Source: Octopus bimaculoides (taxonomy: Eukaryota). Taken from it: a stretch of DNA of 47,344 nucleotides. Position numbers and translations under genes: made by a program. The stretch covers positions 89,002,599 to 89,049,942 of the forward strand of contig NC_068987.1 of NCBI RefSeq assembly GCF_001194135.2, in the 5' to 3' direction. Shown here piece after piece: positions 1 to 11,896 of this stretch (position 1 is its first letter; each line of letters starts with the position of its first letter). The notes beneath the pieces are model-generated. The model worked only from the letters and a program-made list of their open reading frames with translations. It was not told the DNA's origin and ran no database searches.

Positions 1-1
1 A

Positions 2-244
2 CTGCATCTCATCTAAATTGATTCGCTCCCTAATTAGTTGGGCTATGACCCTCTCTGTAACTTTCATAACCTGATCTAACAGCTTGATGCCTCTGTAATT
101 ATTTGTATCTAAAGCGTCACCTTTACCTTTGTAGCAGTTGACTATGATGCTGCTACACCAGTCATTGGGTATGACTCCTTCGTGTATCACCTGGTTCGTA
201 ATACGGGTGACTAGGCTATAGCCAACACTGCCAGATATTTTGAG
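2..244 (-). mobile_element. RTE-clade LINE fragment (RT-proximal region)
   Basis: Minus strand translates LKISGSVGYSLVTRITNQVIHEGVIPNDWCSSIIVNCYKGKGDALDTNNYRGIKLLDQVMKVTERVIAQLIRERINLDEMQ, with the typical KGKGD..NYRGIKLL motif. Confidence 0.9.
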
Positions 245-571
245 CTGCCAGATATTTTGAGCTATATATATATATAAGAAGGGGCTTGGGAAGGAAAGCA
301 GATGCATGAGAAATAACATGGAATATGGCTGAGGAGAGAGATAACTGAAGGCAGAGGAGGAAGGAGGTGGTTGGTGAAAATAATGCGGGTGGGGAGGGGA
401 GGAGGTAAGTGGAGGTGCAAAGAAAGGGGAAGGAGAGAGAAGGCACCCGGTATTTAGTACAAGTCATCATGAACAACACACAGGAGAGTTTCTTTTATCT
501 TCATTATTGCTCTCAACTAGTCTTCTCTATGGAAAGGGCCATAGCTATTAGTTCATCAATGAACTAGAAGC

Positions 572-613
<42 letters not shown>

Positions 614-1819
614 AGTTTAGTCAACCTTTCTCACTGGCCAACAGTATGACAGAAACAGTAACTTAACCACCTCTGCTGTAGCTGGGCTGTTTCCAGGAGC
701 AAGTACCTAGCTTCCTCCCAACACACATAACACCTCTCCACCCAGGGACACACCATGAAAGAAAAACAAGTCAATACATTCACAGCATTATGGAGCTTCA
801 GAGGATGCCAGATATTGGTTAAATATAACTGGACATATCTGCTTTAGGATCCCTCTCTCTGGATTATCTGTAAGGGGTTTACTTCTTTAGCCCCTTTTTT
901 AAAATGCCCACTAAATTACAGCCCTCAACTATGGTTTTTTTCATAATGAGAAGCACAACACAGAACAAGAAGCATACATATACATGCACACACTCACACA
1001 CAGACACACACAAATGTACCATATACGTCCAAGTGTATGCATGAAGTACACTCTGTGAAGTGGATGGTCCTTGACCCATCTTGACGACTATAAGTGCAAA
1101 TAGAAACTTTTGTGGGTGTGAGTGCAAATAGCTCAACATTATAAACACACAAATATATATAGAAGAGTTGTGTCCCACCCACATGTAGCAACACACTTTT
1201 CACCCACTCTACCCTAAGAAACTGAACTACATCTCCTCTTCTAAATTGCATCTTTCTCTTCCTCACATAAATTCCTCTTCATAAATTATGATTGTTTTCC
1301 AATCCCCTTTCTTGCCCTCATTGCTATGCTCACTGTATTACTGCTCCACACACCCCACCACTCACACCCTGTTTTTCTAACCACATTCTACGCCCATATT
1401 CTTGTTACTTGTGAGTATACCCTAGCACTACACCATCTCTCTCTCATACTTTTGCTGCTTCCTACACACACACTCTCTCTCCCCTTCTCTTGTTTTCCCT
1501 CTGACCAGGTAACCAAATATCTCCTTTACATCAGCACACTTCTTGTTTCTCACCTCTTTCTTGTACCTCTCTCTCTCTCTTTCTCTCACTCATGTACCTC
1601 CTCCTCTATAGCCAGACACCTATTTCTGTCTCTCTATTTCCCTGTTACACTCTCACCTTTCATCATTTGATACTGGATCACCTCCTTTAATGACTCCCCT
1701 ATGTTGTGGCAAGACACCTGCTTCTGTCTCTCTGTCTCTTTGTCACACTCTAACCTTTCATCCTCTGACACAAGCTCCCCTCCTCAAATGTCCCTTCCCC
1801 TCTCATAATTCCTTGTCTT

Positions 1820-2135
1820 GTGAGTTACTTGGTGACCTTGTCAGTGCTGGTGCCACGTAATTGGGCATCCAGTCCACACTGTAAAGTGGTTGACATCTGG
1901 AAGGGCATCCAGCTGTATAAACCCTGCCAAAACTAACTTCACCTGTGCTAGTAACACATAAAAAGCACTGAGTCCACTCTACAGAGTAGTTGGTGTTAGG
2001 AAGGGCATCCAGCCGTAAAATCCCTGCCAAAACAGACACAGTAGCCTTGGGTAGATTTTTTAAACGAGGGCCAGCTCCTATCAACTGTCCCCACCAGGCA
2101 TGCATGGAAGATGGACATAAGATGATGATGATGAT
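1820..2135 (+). mobile_element. Two partial RTE-tail repeat copies
   Basis: Repeated gtggttg..ggaagggcatccagc(t/c)gta motif shared with 3441-3655; ends in gatgatgatg. Confidence 0.7.
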
Positions 2136-2541
2136 ATATATGTATGTATGTATGTATATATACGGAAGATATGAGGAATTTAGGTCAAGGTAACCCAAAC
2201 TAACAAGTATGCATTCTGATTGCTCAAAAGGGTGTGTCACCAAAATTCCATTCAGAGCAGTGGCTGAAGTTGCGGTCATGAGAATGTCCTGTTTGAAAAC
2301 AACTGGCAATTGGCAGTTTCCCATTGAATCAGTAATTATCGGTCAAAGTAACAAGGAAGGCAAACAATTAGTCACGGCAGAACTATGACATTTAAATTCA
2401 TTTAATTCAATCTACTATAATAATACTCTTGTCTCTTTCTTCATCACAATATTATAGAAAAGAAGGCTTATTTTTATCCTCATAGCATTTTTTGGTAATA
2501 AAGTTATTATCTATTATTAGGAAACAACTTCTATCTCATTC

Positions 2542-3655
2542 CAGGGTGAAAAACTAGAGGTAGTCGATAGCTTCCGCTATCTGGGCGACCAAGTTAGTAG
2601 TGGGGGTGGGTGCGCTGAAAGTGTAGCTGCTAGAATAAGAATAGCCTGGGCAAAGTTTAGAGAGCTCTTACCCCTGCTGGCGACAAAGGGACTCTCACTC
2701 AGAGTAAAAGGCAGACTGTATGACGCATGCGTACGAACAGCCATGCTACATGGCAGTGAAACATGGGCTGTAACTGCTGAGGACATACGTAAGCTCGCAA
2801 GGAATGAAGCCAGTATGCTCCGTTGGATGTGTAATGTCAATGTGAATACCTGTCAGAGTGTAAGTATCTTGAGAGAAAAGCTGAACATTAGAAGCATCAG
2901 TTGTGGTGTGCAAGAGAGNNNNNNNNNNNNNNNNNNNNNNNNNNNNNNNNNNNNNNNNNNNNNNNNNNNNNNNNNNNNNNNNNNNNNNNNNNNNNNNNNN
3001 NNNNNNNNNNNNNNNNNNNNNNNNNNNNNNNNNNNNNNNNNNNNNNNNNNNNNNNNNNNNNNNNNNNNNNNNNNNNNNNNNNNNNNNNNNNNNNNNNNNN
3101 NNNNNNNNNNNNNNNNNNNNNNNNNNNNNNNNNNNNNNNNNNNNNNNNNNNNNNNNNNNNNNNNNNNNNNNNNNNNNNNNNNNNNNNNNNNNNNNNNNNN
3201 NNNNNNNNNNNNNNNNNNNNNNNNNNNNNNNNNNNNNNNNNNNNNNNNNNNNNNNNNNNNNNNNNNNNNNNNNNNNNNNNNNNNNNNNNNNNNNNNNNNN
3301 NNNNNNNNNNNNNNNNNNNNNNNNNNNNNNNNNNNNNNNNNNNNNNNNNNNNNNNNNNNNNNNNNNNNNNNNNNNNNNNNNNNNNNNNNNNNNNNNNNNN
3401 NNNNNNNNNNNNNNNNNNNNNNNNNNNNNNNNNNNNNNNNNTCGAGCGTGGCCGTTTTCATGCGGGTGACACGTAAAAGCACCCACTACACTCTCTGAGT
3501 GGTTGGCGTTAGGAAGGGCATCCAGCTGTAGAAACTCTGCCAAATTAGATTGGAGCCTGGTGTTGCCATCCGGTTTCACCAGTCCTCAGTCAAATCATCC
3601 AACCCATGCTAGCATGGAAAGTGGACGTTAAACGATGATGATGATGATGATGATA
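2542..3655 (+). mobile_element. RTE-clade LINE 3' portion (gap inside) ending in (GAT)n tail
   Basis: QGEKLEVVDSFRYLGDQVSSGGGCAESVAARIRIAWAKFRELLPLL...MLHGSETWAV...MLRWMC. After the gap, 3' sequence ends taaacgatgatgatg. Confidence 0.88.
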
Positions 3656-4144
3656 TGTCTGCTTTTTAATAAACATGACTTTGTCCTCAAATAGCTGACA
3701 CACCCTGTGTATGAGTGCATATGTGTGTGTGCATATATATATATTTAGTTACTCAACTGTACAAAAATTATGTCAGGTATATAATGATGTGATGTCAGTC
3801 AGATAATAAAAGAGGAAAATACTTGAAAAGATCTGACTTGCTTTTCTATTAAACTGAACATTTTATGAATCTGGGTCTGTTTAGTTGTTAACAGCTTCAA
3901 GAAATACTATTTTAAGAAATAAAAGAAACAAACCTAGCCACAACAATAAGGGCTACATATATGCATACATAGAAATATACATACATGCATACATACAAAC
4001 ACACACACATACATATACACACACATACATACATATATACACACTAACATACATACATTCACACATACCTACATACATAGATGCATACACACACACATAC
4101 ATGCATACCCATACATACAAACATACACACATACATACATACAT

Positions 4145-4175
<31 letters not shown>

Positions 4176-4229
4176 TACACACATATACACATACATACGT
4201 ACATACATACATACACACATACATACATA

Positions 4230-4464
4230 CAGGGTGGCCCAAAAGTAGGTTTACAGTTATCACGTAGGCACTTTAAATTTCTTTTAAAATATTTTATTAC
4301 ATTTAAATTTCTATCTTACAAACTGAAAAGGGAGCTTGACAAAATTAACTAAATTAACATAGAATAATGACTTCATATTTTTTTATAATTAAGATCTAAA
4401 CTATTAATATATGGATGCGAAAGACACAGTTGAATAACTGTCAACCTACTTTTGGGCCACCCTG
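4230..4464. mobile_element. Tc1/mariner-type MITE
   Basis: 29-bp TIRs CAGGGTGGCCCAAAAGTAGGTTTACAGTT / AACTGTCAACCTACTTTTGGGCCACCCTG; TA on the left flank only. Confidence 0.85.
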
Positions 4465-4500
4465 CTGCCTATGAATACATAAGCCAGAGTCGTTTCTTAC

Positions 4501-4632
4501 CTGAATACAAAACAACATTCCGACAGCAACAATAACTCCAACAGCAAGTCCAATTGAAAAAACAACAATAATGAACCCAAGAATGCTCAGCTGTACCATT
4601 GGTTCACCATTCATGTGATAAAGGTAATATGG
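4501..4632 (-). CDS. ZDHHC6: ZDHHC6 coding exon 4 (TM4); remaining exons not found and probably lie beyond the window start
   Basis: PYYLYHMNGEPMVQLSILGFIIVVFSIGLAVGVIVAVGMLFCIQ, matching the GLAxGxxxAVGMLFxIQ segment. Strong acceptor ttcttctcttctttctttacag, donor CAG|GTAAGA; 132 nt, phase 0/0. Confidence 0.93.
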
Positions 4633-4884
4633 CTGTAAAGAAAGAAGAGAAGAAAATGATTCACCTTTACTACCACAAACAATATTATTATTATTATTAT
4701 ATTTCATTGTGCAATATGGGTAGAAAAGACCGGTTTAGTTGGGCATTTTTTGCTCCATCCTGTTAACTGCCAATCCTTAACAAAAGACTTCAGACAAAAG
4801 TACCTTTTATAGAATATCAGCTATTCCAAAGAGGGCAGGTTTTTTTTTTTAACACTTGCATACAATTATTATTAATATTATTAA

Positions 4885-5320
4885 GGCAGCCAGCTGGTAG
4901 AAACGTTAGCATGCTGGGAAAAATGCTTAGCGGCATTTCATCTCTCTGTATATTCTGAATTCAAGTTCCGCCGAGGTTGATGTTACCTTTCATCCTTTCA
5001 GAGTTGATGAAATAAGGGCCAGGTGATCACTAATACTTATTTTAGTGACCCCCAAAAGGATGAAAAGCAAAATTGACCTCAGTGGAATTTGCTGGCCTTG
5101 TGCCAAAATTTGAAACCATTATCATTATTATTATTATTAATATAAAAGGTAGGCAAGCTGACAGAATCATTAGCACACTGGACGAAATGCTTAGTGGTAT
5201 TTCTTTTGACTCTCCATGTTCTGAGTTCAAATTCCACTGAGGTTGACTTTGCCTTTCATCCTTTCAGACCAATAAGATAGAGTATCAGTCAACTACTGGA
5301 GTCAATGGCATTGATCCCAG
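4885..5320. mobile_element. Cluster of degenerate SINE fragments (+,-,+) of the ggcggcgagctggcagaaa family
   Basis: gaaacgttagc..gaaatgcttagcgg..gagttcaaattcc.ccgagg..tttgcctttcatccttt blocks in both orientations. Confidence 0.75.
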
Positions 5321-5587
5321 TACTTTTAACCCTTTTGTTACCATATTTCTGTTGAGATGTTCTGTGTTTCTTTCAATTCTAAATATAACAAAGAATTTAG
5401 TAAAATAACTTAAATTGTGACTAAGGTTTGGTGGAAGATTTTAATTCAGAACTTCTGAAAACAAGACATTTGTACTTAGAGCCAGAGCTGGTTTCAGCCT
5501 GGATGGTATCAAAAAGGTTAAAATTTTAATCATGAATTTTGAATACTTGATTTTTTATCAACTGAATGAAGCCAGGATGCAAGTGTT

Positions 5588-5648
<61 letters not shown>

Positions 5649-5837
5649 ATATATATAGATTTTAGCAGACTTCTCTTTCTGTATGTGTGCGTGTGTACAC
5701 ACACACACACACACACACACAGAAAAATAGATATCAGTAATTCTCTAACGACTCTCCAGTTGTCCTACAATAAGTAATTCAATACTCCTCAAACAATCCT
5801 TCGAACGTTCATCTAGCAATCTTTCAACAGACTTTCT

Positions 5838-6790
5838 AATGATGATGGTGATAAAGATGGTGACAGTGATGATGATGATGCTGACGATGACTGATGAAAA
5901 AGATGGTGATGGTGATGATGATGACAATGATGATGGTGATGATGACAATGATAATGATGACAATGACGGTGATGATGATGACAATGATGATGATGATAAT
6001 GATACTGATGATAATGATGGTGATGATGACGATGATGAAGGCATGTAACAATAGTCTTTTGACTGTCATTCTAAGAATCTCCAGNNNNNNNNNNNNNNNN
6101 NNNNNNNNNNNNNNNNNNNNNNNNNNNNNNNNNNNNNNNNNNNNNNNNNNNNNNNNNNNNNNNNNNNNNNNNNNNNNNNNNNNNNNNNNNNNNNNNNNNN
6201 NNNNNNNNNNNNNNNNNNNNNNNNNNNNNNNNNNNNNNNNNNNNNNNNNNNNNNNNNNNNNNNNNNNNNNNNNNNNNNNNNNNNNNNNNNNNNNNNNNNN
6301 NNNNNNNNNNNNNNNNNNNNNNNNNNNNNNNNNNNNNNNNNNNNNNNNNNNNNNNNNNNNNNNNNNNNNNNNNNNNNNNNNNNNNNNNNNNNNNNNNNNN
6401 NNNNNNNNNNNNNNNNNNNNNNNNNNNNNNNNNNNNNNNNNNNNNNNNNNNNNNNNNNNNNNNCTGGTTTGCCAGCGCCTGTTAAATTGTACAACCCATG
6501 CCAGCATGGAGAACAGATGATGATGATGACGGAGAGGATGATGACAATGATAAGATGGTAATGGTGATGACGGAGAGGAGGATGATGATGATGATGATGA
6601 CGAAGATGGTGATGATGACAATGATGATGATGATGGTGATGATGATGATAAAGATGGTGATGACGACGATGATGACAATGATGATGATGGTGATGATGAT
6701 GATGATGATAATGATGATAAAGATGGTGATGATGATGATCATGATGGTGATCATGATGATGGCGATAATGGTGATGATGATGATGATGGT
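5838..6790. repeat. Compound (ATG/GAT)n microsatellite arrays around a gap
   Basis: Visible trinucleotide repeat; explains the poly-M/D/S/I pseudo-ORFs. Confidence 0.95.
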
Positions 6791-7499
6791 AGTTTATTTT
6801 TTATTAGCTAAATTACTGTGAGCTTGATATAAATCAATAACACAGGACTCAGTGAGTTTGTATTGCTATTATTGACATTGATGTGGCAAGTGTTGGCTAA
6901 GTTTACCTTGCAATGTGTGTTAAACACAGTACTTGACAAACACGGAGACAATAAACAGTCAAAGACAGGAGTAGAGGAGGAGGAGGAATGAAATGGACAA
7001 GGTGAGAAAGAGAGAGGAAGAGAAAGAAAGAGAGAAGATAAAAATGAATGAGAGGAAAAGGGAGAGGGGAAGAAAAGAGAAGAGAGAAAGAAAGAAGTAG
7101 GGAGTGGAAGGAAGAAAGAGAGTAAAGAAGAAATGTGTGATGTGTGAATGTGTTGAATTTAATATGCCAATGGTAACAGGATCCTTGTGTAGTTAAGTGC
7201 ATAAGCACTTTGTTTCAGAACCCAGCAGATATTAATAGGGCAGACACACCCAATATTGAGGTGTGTGTCTGCATGTATGATGGCATCAGGGCTTGTTTGT
7301 GCCATGAGTCAGGGGGAAAATTTCTTTAGACAAATCTTCCTCGCTAAAACTTTGGCTTTTCCCTAATTTTGTCAAATATTTCTGTTGAATATATAAATTA
7401 CAGAGGTGCAGATATGGCTGTGGAGTGAAGATGTGTGTGTGTGTGTGTGTGTGTGCGTGTGTAGTGTGTGTAGTGGTTCAAAATTATGCAAGAAACGAG

Positions 7500-7840
7500 A
7501 AACAAAAGGAGACAGGTGAGGAAACAATAAACAAGGTGTATTACTTTGACACTCAGGCAAAATGAAAGAAGTCTTTGACATTTCCCACCTGTGCTCTTCT
7601 ACAGAGAGGAACAAGGAGAGAAAGCAGATGGGAAGAATAAGAAAAAAATAAAGAGAATATATATATATATATATATATATAGTGAGAATTTACAAAAAAA
7701 GCAAAAAATGAAGACAGATGGTGTAGACAACAAACATGTGTATTAGTTTGACGCTCAGGAAGGTGAGAAAGCCTTTTATGTTTCCAGCCTACACTCTTCA
7801 ACAGAAAGGAACACAGAAATAAACAAAGAGAGAAAATAGA
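7500..7840 (-). mobile_element. Two tandem Penelope-like terminal-repeat copies; related copies at ~30907-31095 (+) and ~33440-33590 (-)
   Basis: Repeated tattagtttgacgctcaggaaggtgagaaag..tttccagcctacactcttcaacaga, whose reverse complement resembles the gaagagc.taggctcgaaacgt end motif of Penelope elements; lies next to a GIY-YIG fragment. Confidence 0.65.
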
Positions 7841-8514
7841 AAAGGTTGAGTGGCTAGCGATCTATCATGGCGAATACTGGACAGAGGGGTCACACAGGAG
7901 AGCTAGGAAGGGGAGATAATAAAGTAGCGGTGATCTCAANNNNNNNNNNNNNNNNNNNNNNNNNNNNNNNNNNNNNNNNNNNNNNNNNNNNNNNNNNNNN
8001 NNNNNNNNNNNNNNNNNNNNNNNNNNNNNNNNNNNNNNNNNNNNNNNNNNNNNNNNNNNNNNNNNNNNNNNNNNNNNNNNNNNNNNNNNNNNNNNNNNNN
8101 NNNNNNNNNNNNNNNNNNNNNNNNNNNNNNNNNNNNNNNNNNNNNNNNNNNNNNNNNNNNNNNNNNNNNNNNNNNNNNNNNNNNNNNNNNNNNNNNNNNN
8201 NNNNNNNNNNNNNNNNNNNNNNNNNNNNNNNNNNNNNNNNNNNNNNNNNNNNNNNNNNNNNNNNNNNNNNNNNNNNNNNNNNNNNNNNNNNNNNNNNNNN
8301 NNNNNNNNNNNNNNNNNNNNNNNNNNNNNNNNNNNNNNNNNTATGGGTGGGGTAACGAGGGAGGGGGTGATGATGGGGAGAGGGTGGAAGGGAGAAGGTG
8401 TGTAGGATTGAAGAGAGGAAATAGGTGCCAGAACAAGAGAGGAGAGGTGGGTGGGAGGAAGTAGGTGTGAGAGGAAGAGAGGAGAGAGGAGGAGAGTTAG
8501 ATGAAGAGAGAAGG

Positions 8515-8950
8515 AGAGTTGAGCCCATGTGGCGCAAAGGAGCGAAGAGAGAAAATTAATCCCTGCTCACAGCGAAGATGGGAGTCCGGATGGCCCCTGT
8601 GCAAAGACAATCCAAACACAGACAAGTGTTTTAAAGAGTGACCGGTAGAGCGGAAATGGTGCAAGTCTGGGGTGTCGTTGCCAAATCAGATGTCTTGGAG
8701 GTATTCTGCGAACCAGTTAGCCAAGTGGCGTCCCGTTTGACCAATTTATAGAGAAGGACAGAGAGAGCAGGAGATGCAGATGACATTGCTAGAAGTGCAG
8801 GTGAAGGAGTCAGTGATATGATAGGGTTGATGATGGGTGCCTGTGAGGAGGGTGGTGTTGGAGAGGTAAGGGCAAGTGCAGTAGTGTGGGCAGGAGCAGG
8901 GGAACAAGCCAGGTTGGGAGGTTGGGTTAGGGAAGAAGCTGTGGACCAAG
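8515..8950 (-). mobile_element. Penelope-like element, degenerate GIY-YIG endonuclease C-terminal region
   Basis: PGLFPCS..YCTCPYLSNTT..HITDSFTCTSSNVICISCSLCPSL / IGQTGRHLANWFAEYLQDI..HHFRSTGHS / EQGLIFSLRSFAPHGLNS, with frameshifts and stops. Confidence 0.88.
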
Positions 8951-9113
8951 AGGTCTCGTAGGTTGTGGGTTCATATATATATACACACACAATAGGCTGT
9001 CACACACTTTCTGATGACAGGCTTTAGAGTACACTTGATTAACTCATATCACAAAAGAAGCACCATTACTGAACCCTTTCGCATTTAAAGAGGCTACATC
9101 AGGCCCAAATATT

Positions 9114-9628
9114 CTACAGTAGAAAGGAAGGACCTACAGTAGAAAGGAAGGATCTACAGTAGAAAGGAAGGATCTACAGTAGAAGGGAAGGAGCTAAAAC
9201 AGAGAAAGGAAGGACCTACAGTAGAAAGGAAGGATCTACAGTAGAAGGAAAGGAGCTACAACAGAGAAAGAAAGGAGCTACAGTAGAAAGGAAGGATCTA
9301 CAGTAGAAGGGGAGGAGCTACAACAGAGAAAGAAAGGAGCTACAGTAGAAAGGAAGGAGCTACAGTAGAAAGGAAGGAGCTACAGTAGAAGGGAAGGAGC
9401 TACAACAGAGAAAGAAAGGAGCTACAGTAGAAAGGAAGGAGCTACAGTAGAAAGGAAGGANNNNNNNNNNGAAGGAGCTACAGTAGAAAGGAAGGATCTA
9501 CAGTAGAAGGGAAGGAGCTACAACAGAGAAAGAAAGGAGCTACAGTAGAAAGGAAGGAGCTACAGTAGAAAGGAAGGAGCTACAGTAGAAAGGAAGGAGC
9601 TACAGTAGAAAGGAAGGAATTACAGTAG
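9114..9628. repeat. Minisatellite of 20-bp (ctacagtagaaaggaaggag) and 22-bp (ctacaacagagaaagaaaggag) units
   Basis: About 25 tandem units seen directly; 10-N gap at 9461-9470. Confidence 0.97.
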
Positions 9629-9662
9629 TTGTAAGAGGGTAAGAATAACTGAAGTGACTTAC

Positions 9663-9819
9663 ATTATTGAGCAGTTGAATGAGGGAACCAATCAATATAA
9701 AAGCACCATGAATGCAACCACATGGAGCGAAGAAAAGAAAATAGATAAAGTTGGCATGATTGAGGTAGCCACAGCAGGTGTTAATCCAGGGACAATGATG
9801 ATCCATTTTCATTACACAC
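9663..9819 (-). CDS. ZDHHC6: ZDHHC6 coding exon 3 (DHHC catalytic motif)
   Basis: G+CVMKMDHHCPWINTCCGYLNHANFIYFLFFAPCGCIHGAFILIGSLIQLLNN. Acceptor ttgcag completes the Arg codon begun in exon 2; donor AAT|GTAAGT; 157 nt. Confidence 0.97.
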
Positions 9820-9930
9820 CTGCAATTAGAAACAATTAATATAACAAAAACTTCATAAAGATGTTAAGTTTATATATTCGTTTTGTAAGATTCTTGATGT
9901 GAAATCGTGTGTTGAAACAGATATTTATTG

Positions 9931-10338
9931 TATTTGGGGATGGTCATGTTGCCAGTTTAGCCAATAAAAACACACACACTATTTGGTGTTCACTTGTTTC
10001 AGCTTTTTTCTTTTTATATTAATTGTATTTCGGCCAGAGTTCTTTCATCACACCTCTGTGACCTCATCAATGGTCCTTTGCTTTCTTCTTTCTTTTTTAT
10101 GTGTGTCTCTCCTTACTAATGATCTGCCATTTTGTAGATCATTTTGCAGATCATTAGAAAGGAGAGACATAAAAAAGAAAGAAGAAAGCAAAGGACCACT
10201 GATGAGGTCACAGAGGTGTGATGAAAGAACTCTGACCGAAATACAATTAACTTAAAATAAATCTGAAGCAAATTAACACCAAATATATAGTGCATGTGTT
10301 TTTATTGGCTAAACTAGGAACATGACCATTCTCAAATA
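9931..10338. mobile_element. Foldback/palindromic element in ZDHHC6 intron 2
   Basis: Arms 9931-10127 and 10146-10338 are reverse complements; 18-nt loop. Confidence 0.92.
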
Positions 10339-10666
10339 AATTAATAAAGATGACATAAAATCAAATAGATAATTAGTGATAGCATTAGAGTAATAGCATG
10401 GCCACATGGGAGGAATCTACCCAGGGAGACACCCTTATGAGGGTAGCACTTTCAGGTCTGCTATATAAACTTGTAAATAGGGGTGAACTGGGNNNNNNNN
10501 NNAATTAAATATCAGCTTCAGTTTCTTTTAAAATCGGATAATTTTTGACAACATGGGTATACTAGTGTGCATGTGAGTGTATTGCAGGGGGGGGGCATAA
10601 ATGCATGAATGTATTTTGATTGGAATTGGTGACAATTTAAAGAAGACTGAAACAATATTTGATTAC

Positions 10667-10758
10667 CTTTTACACTTCCGGCAATGGTGAGATCGAGGTG
10701 CTTTGTGACCCTTACATTCTACACAATATTGTAAAAATTTCTCCTCACCAGCAACTTT
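10667..10758 (-). CDS. ZDHHC6: ZDHHC6 coding exon 2 (cysteine-rich domain, first half; absent from ORF track)
   Basis: Translated by hand: KVAGEEKFLQYCVECKGHKAPRSHHCRKCK+AG. Acceptor ttgtttttcag, donor AG|GTAATC; 92 nt, phase 0 to phase 2. Confidence 0.95.
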
Positions 10759-10825
10759 CTGAAAAACAAAATATTTTGGAATATTAATAAGAGAACATTA
10801 CTGTACCTATAACATTATATATAAA

Positions 10826-11035
10826 GAAGGTGCATGGCTCACTGGTTAGAGCATCGGGCTGGCAATCATGAGGTAGTGAGTTTGATTCCTGGACCGGGCT
10901 GTGTGTTGTGTTCTTGAGCAAGACACTTTATCTCACATTGCTCCAGTTCACTCAACTGTAGACGTGAGTTGCGACATCACTGGTGGCAAGCTCTATCAGC
11001 TTTTGCCTCTCCCTTGGGTAACATTGGCAGCATAG
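10826..11035 (+). mobile_element. Degenerate tRNA-derived SINE (gaaggcgcaatggccca family)
   Basis: A-box-like tggctcactgg and B-box-like gagtttgattcc; body similar to 41554-41932. Confidence 0.7.
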
Positions 11036-11096
11036 AGAGGACGGTATGAATATGGCAACCCAGGGTAAGCACAACAGACCAGATATTGTTCTAACT

Positions 11097-11392
11097 CAGT
11101 GCTACTCAAAGTGGTGGTACCGGCAGCTGATGGCGCTGGTCTGCGAGCCATCAGCTGCCAGTACATAGTGAGATTCCAGAAAGGAAAGAAACATTATAAA
11201 ATGCTTATGTAATATTGTATTATTTGTTTACAAAATAAATATAAGATAAAAAAAATTGTCAACTTTTATTATATTCATTATATATATTGTTTCCGGTATA
11301 AACTAATGTTACTAAGAAATATTACCGGCCCCTGGCACATTGGGAAACAAAAACCAGCCGGTATGCCACATCAGATAGTTTGAGAAGCACTA
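11097..11392. mobile_element. hAT (Charlie-like) MITE
   Basis: TIRs CAGTGCTACTCAAA / TTTGAGAAGCACTA; degenerate 8-bp TSD ttctaact/gtctaaga; internal hairpin ggcagctgatggc...gccatcagctgcc. Confidence 0.75.
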
Positions 11393-11589
11393 GTCTAAGA
11401 GACAAAAAGCAAAATCCTGCAGTGCTGAAGAGATCGGCAACTGGGAAGAGGTGAAAGTCTCATAAAAAAGGTGGGAAAAGGAACCGTATATGGAGGATTG
11501 ATGAGAAATCCACAGCCCTTTATGTCCAGGCTGAACAGTATTCATTTGTTTCTATTGTCAGAGATGCACTGGGTTATGTAATAACAGAT

Positions 11590-11850
11590 CTGGCTCCTGT
11601 ACTGGTGGCATGTAAAAAGCACCATCCAAATGTAATTGATGCCAGGCCCACCTGACTGGCTCTTGTCCCGGTGGCATGTAAAAAGCATCCACTACACTCT
11701 CGGAGTGGTTAGCGTTAGGAAAGGCATCCAGCTGTAGAAACTCTGCCAGATCAGATTGGAGCTTGGTGCAGCCGCTGGCTCTTCAGACCTCAGTCAAACC
11801 ATCTAACCCATGCTAGCATGGAAAACGGACCTTAAACGATGATGATGATA

Positions 11851-11896
<46 letters not shown>
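11590..11896 (+). mobile_element. RTE-tail SINE/LINE 3' end with expanded (GAT)n tail; related copies at ~6465-6520 (+), 13170-13280, 13810-13975, 14940-15110 (-), 16170-16230 (+)
   Basis: Same gtaaaaagca...aggaaaggcatccagctgtagaaactctgcc...aacccatgctagcatggaaaacggac..taaacgatgatg block as 3441-3655. Confidence 0.8.

Noticed and set aside
2190-2290. Possible ZDHHC6 exon 5 (cag|DILMTATSATALNGILVTHPFEQSECIL|gttagt)
   Set aside because: No similarity to the expected TTxE/WI..KA region in any frame.
9114-9628. Regular repeat array as a possible CRISPR
   Set aside because: No unique spacers, eukaryotic intron, no cas genes; it is a minisatellite.
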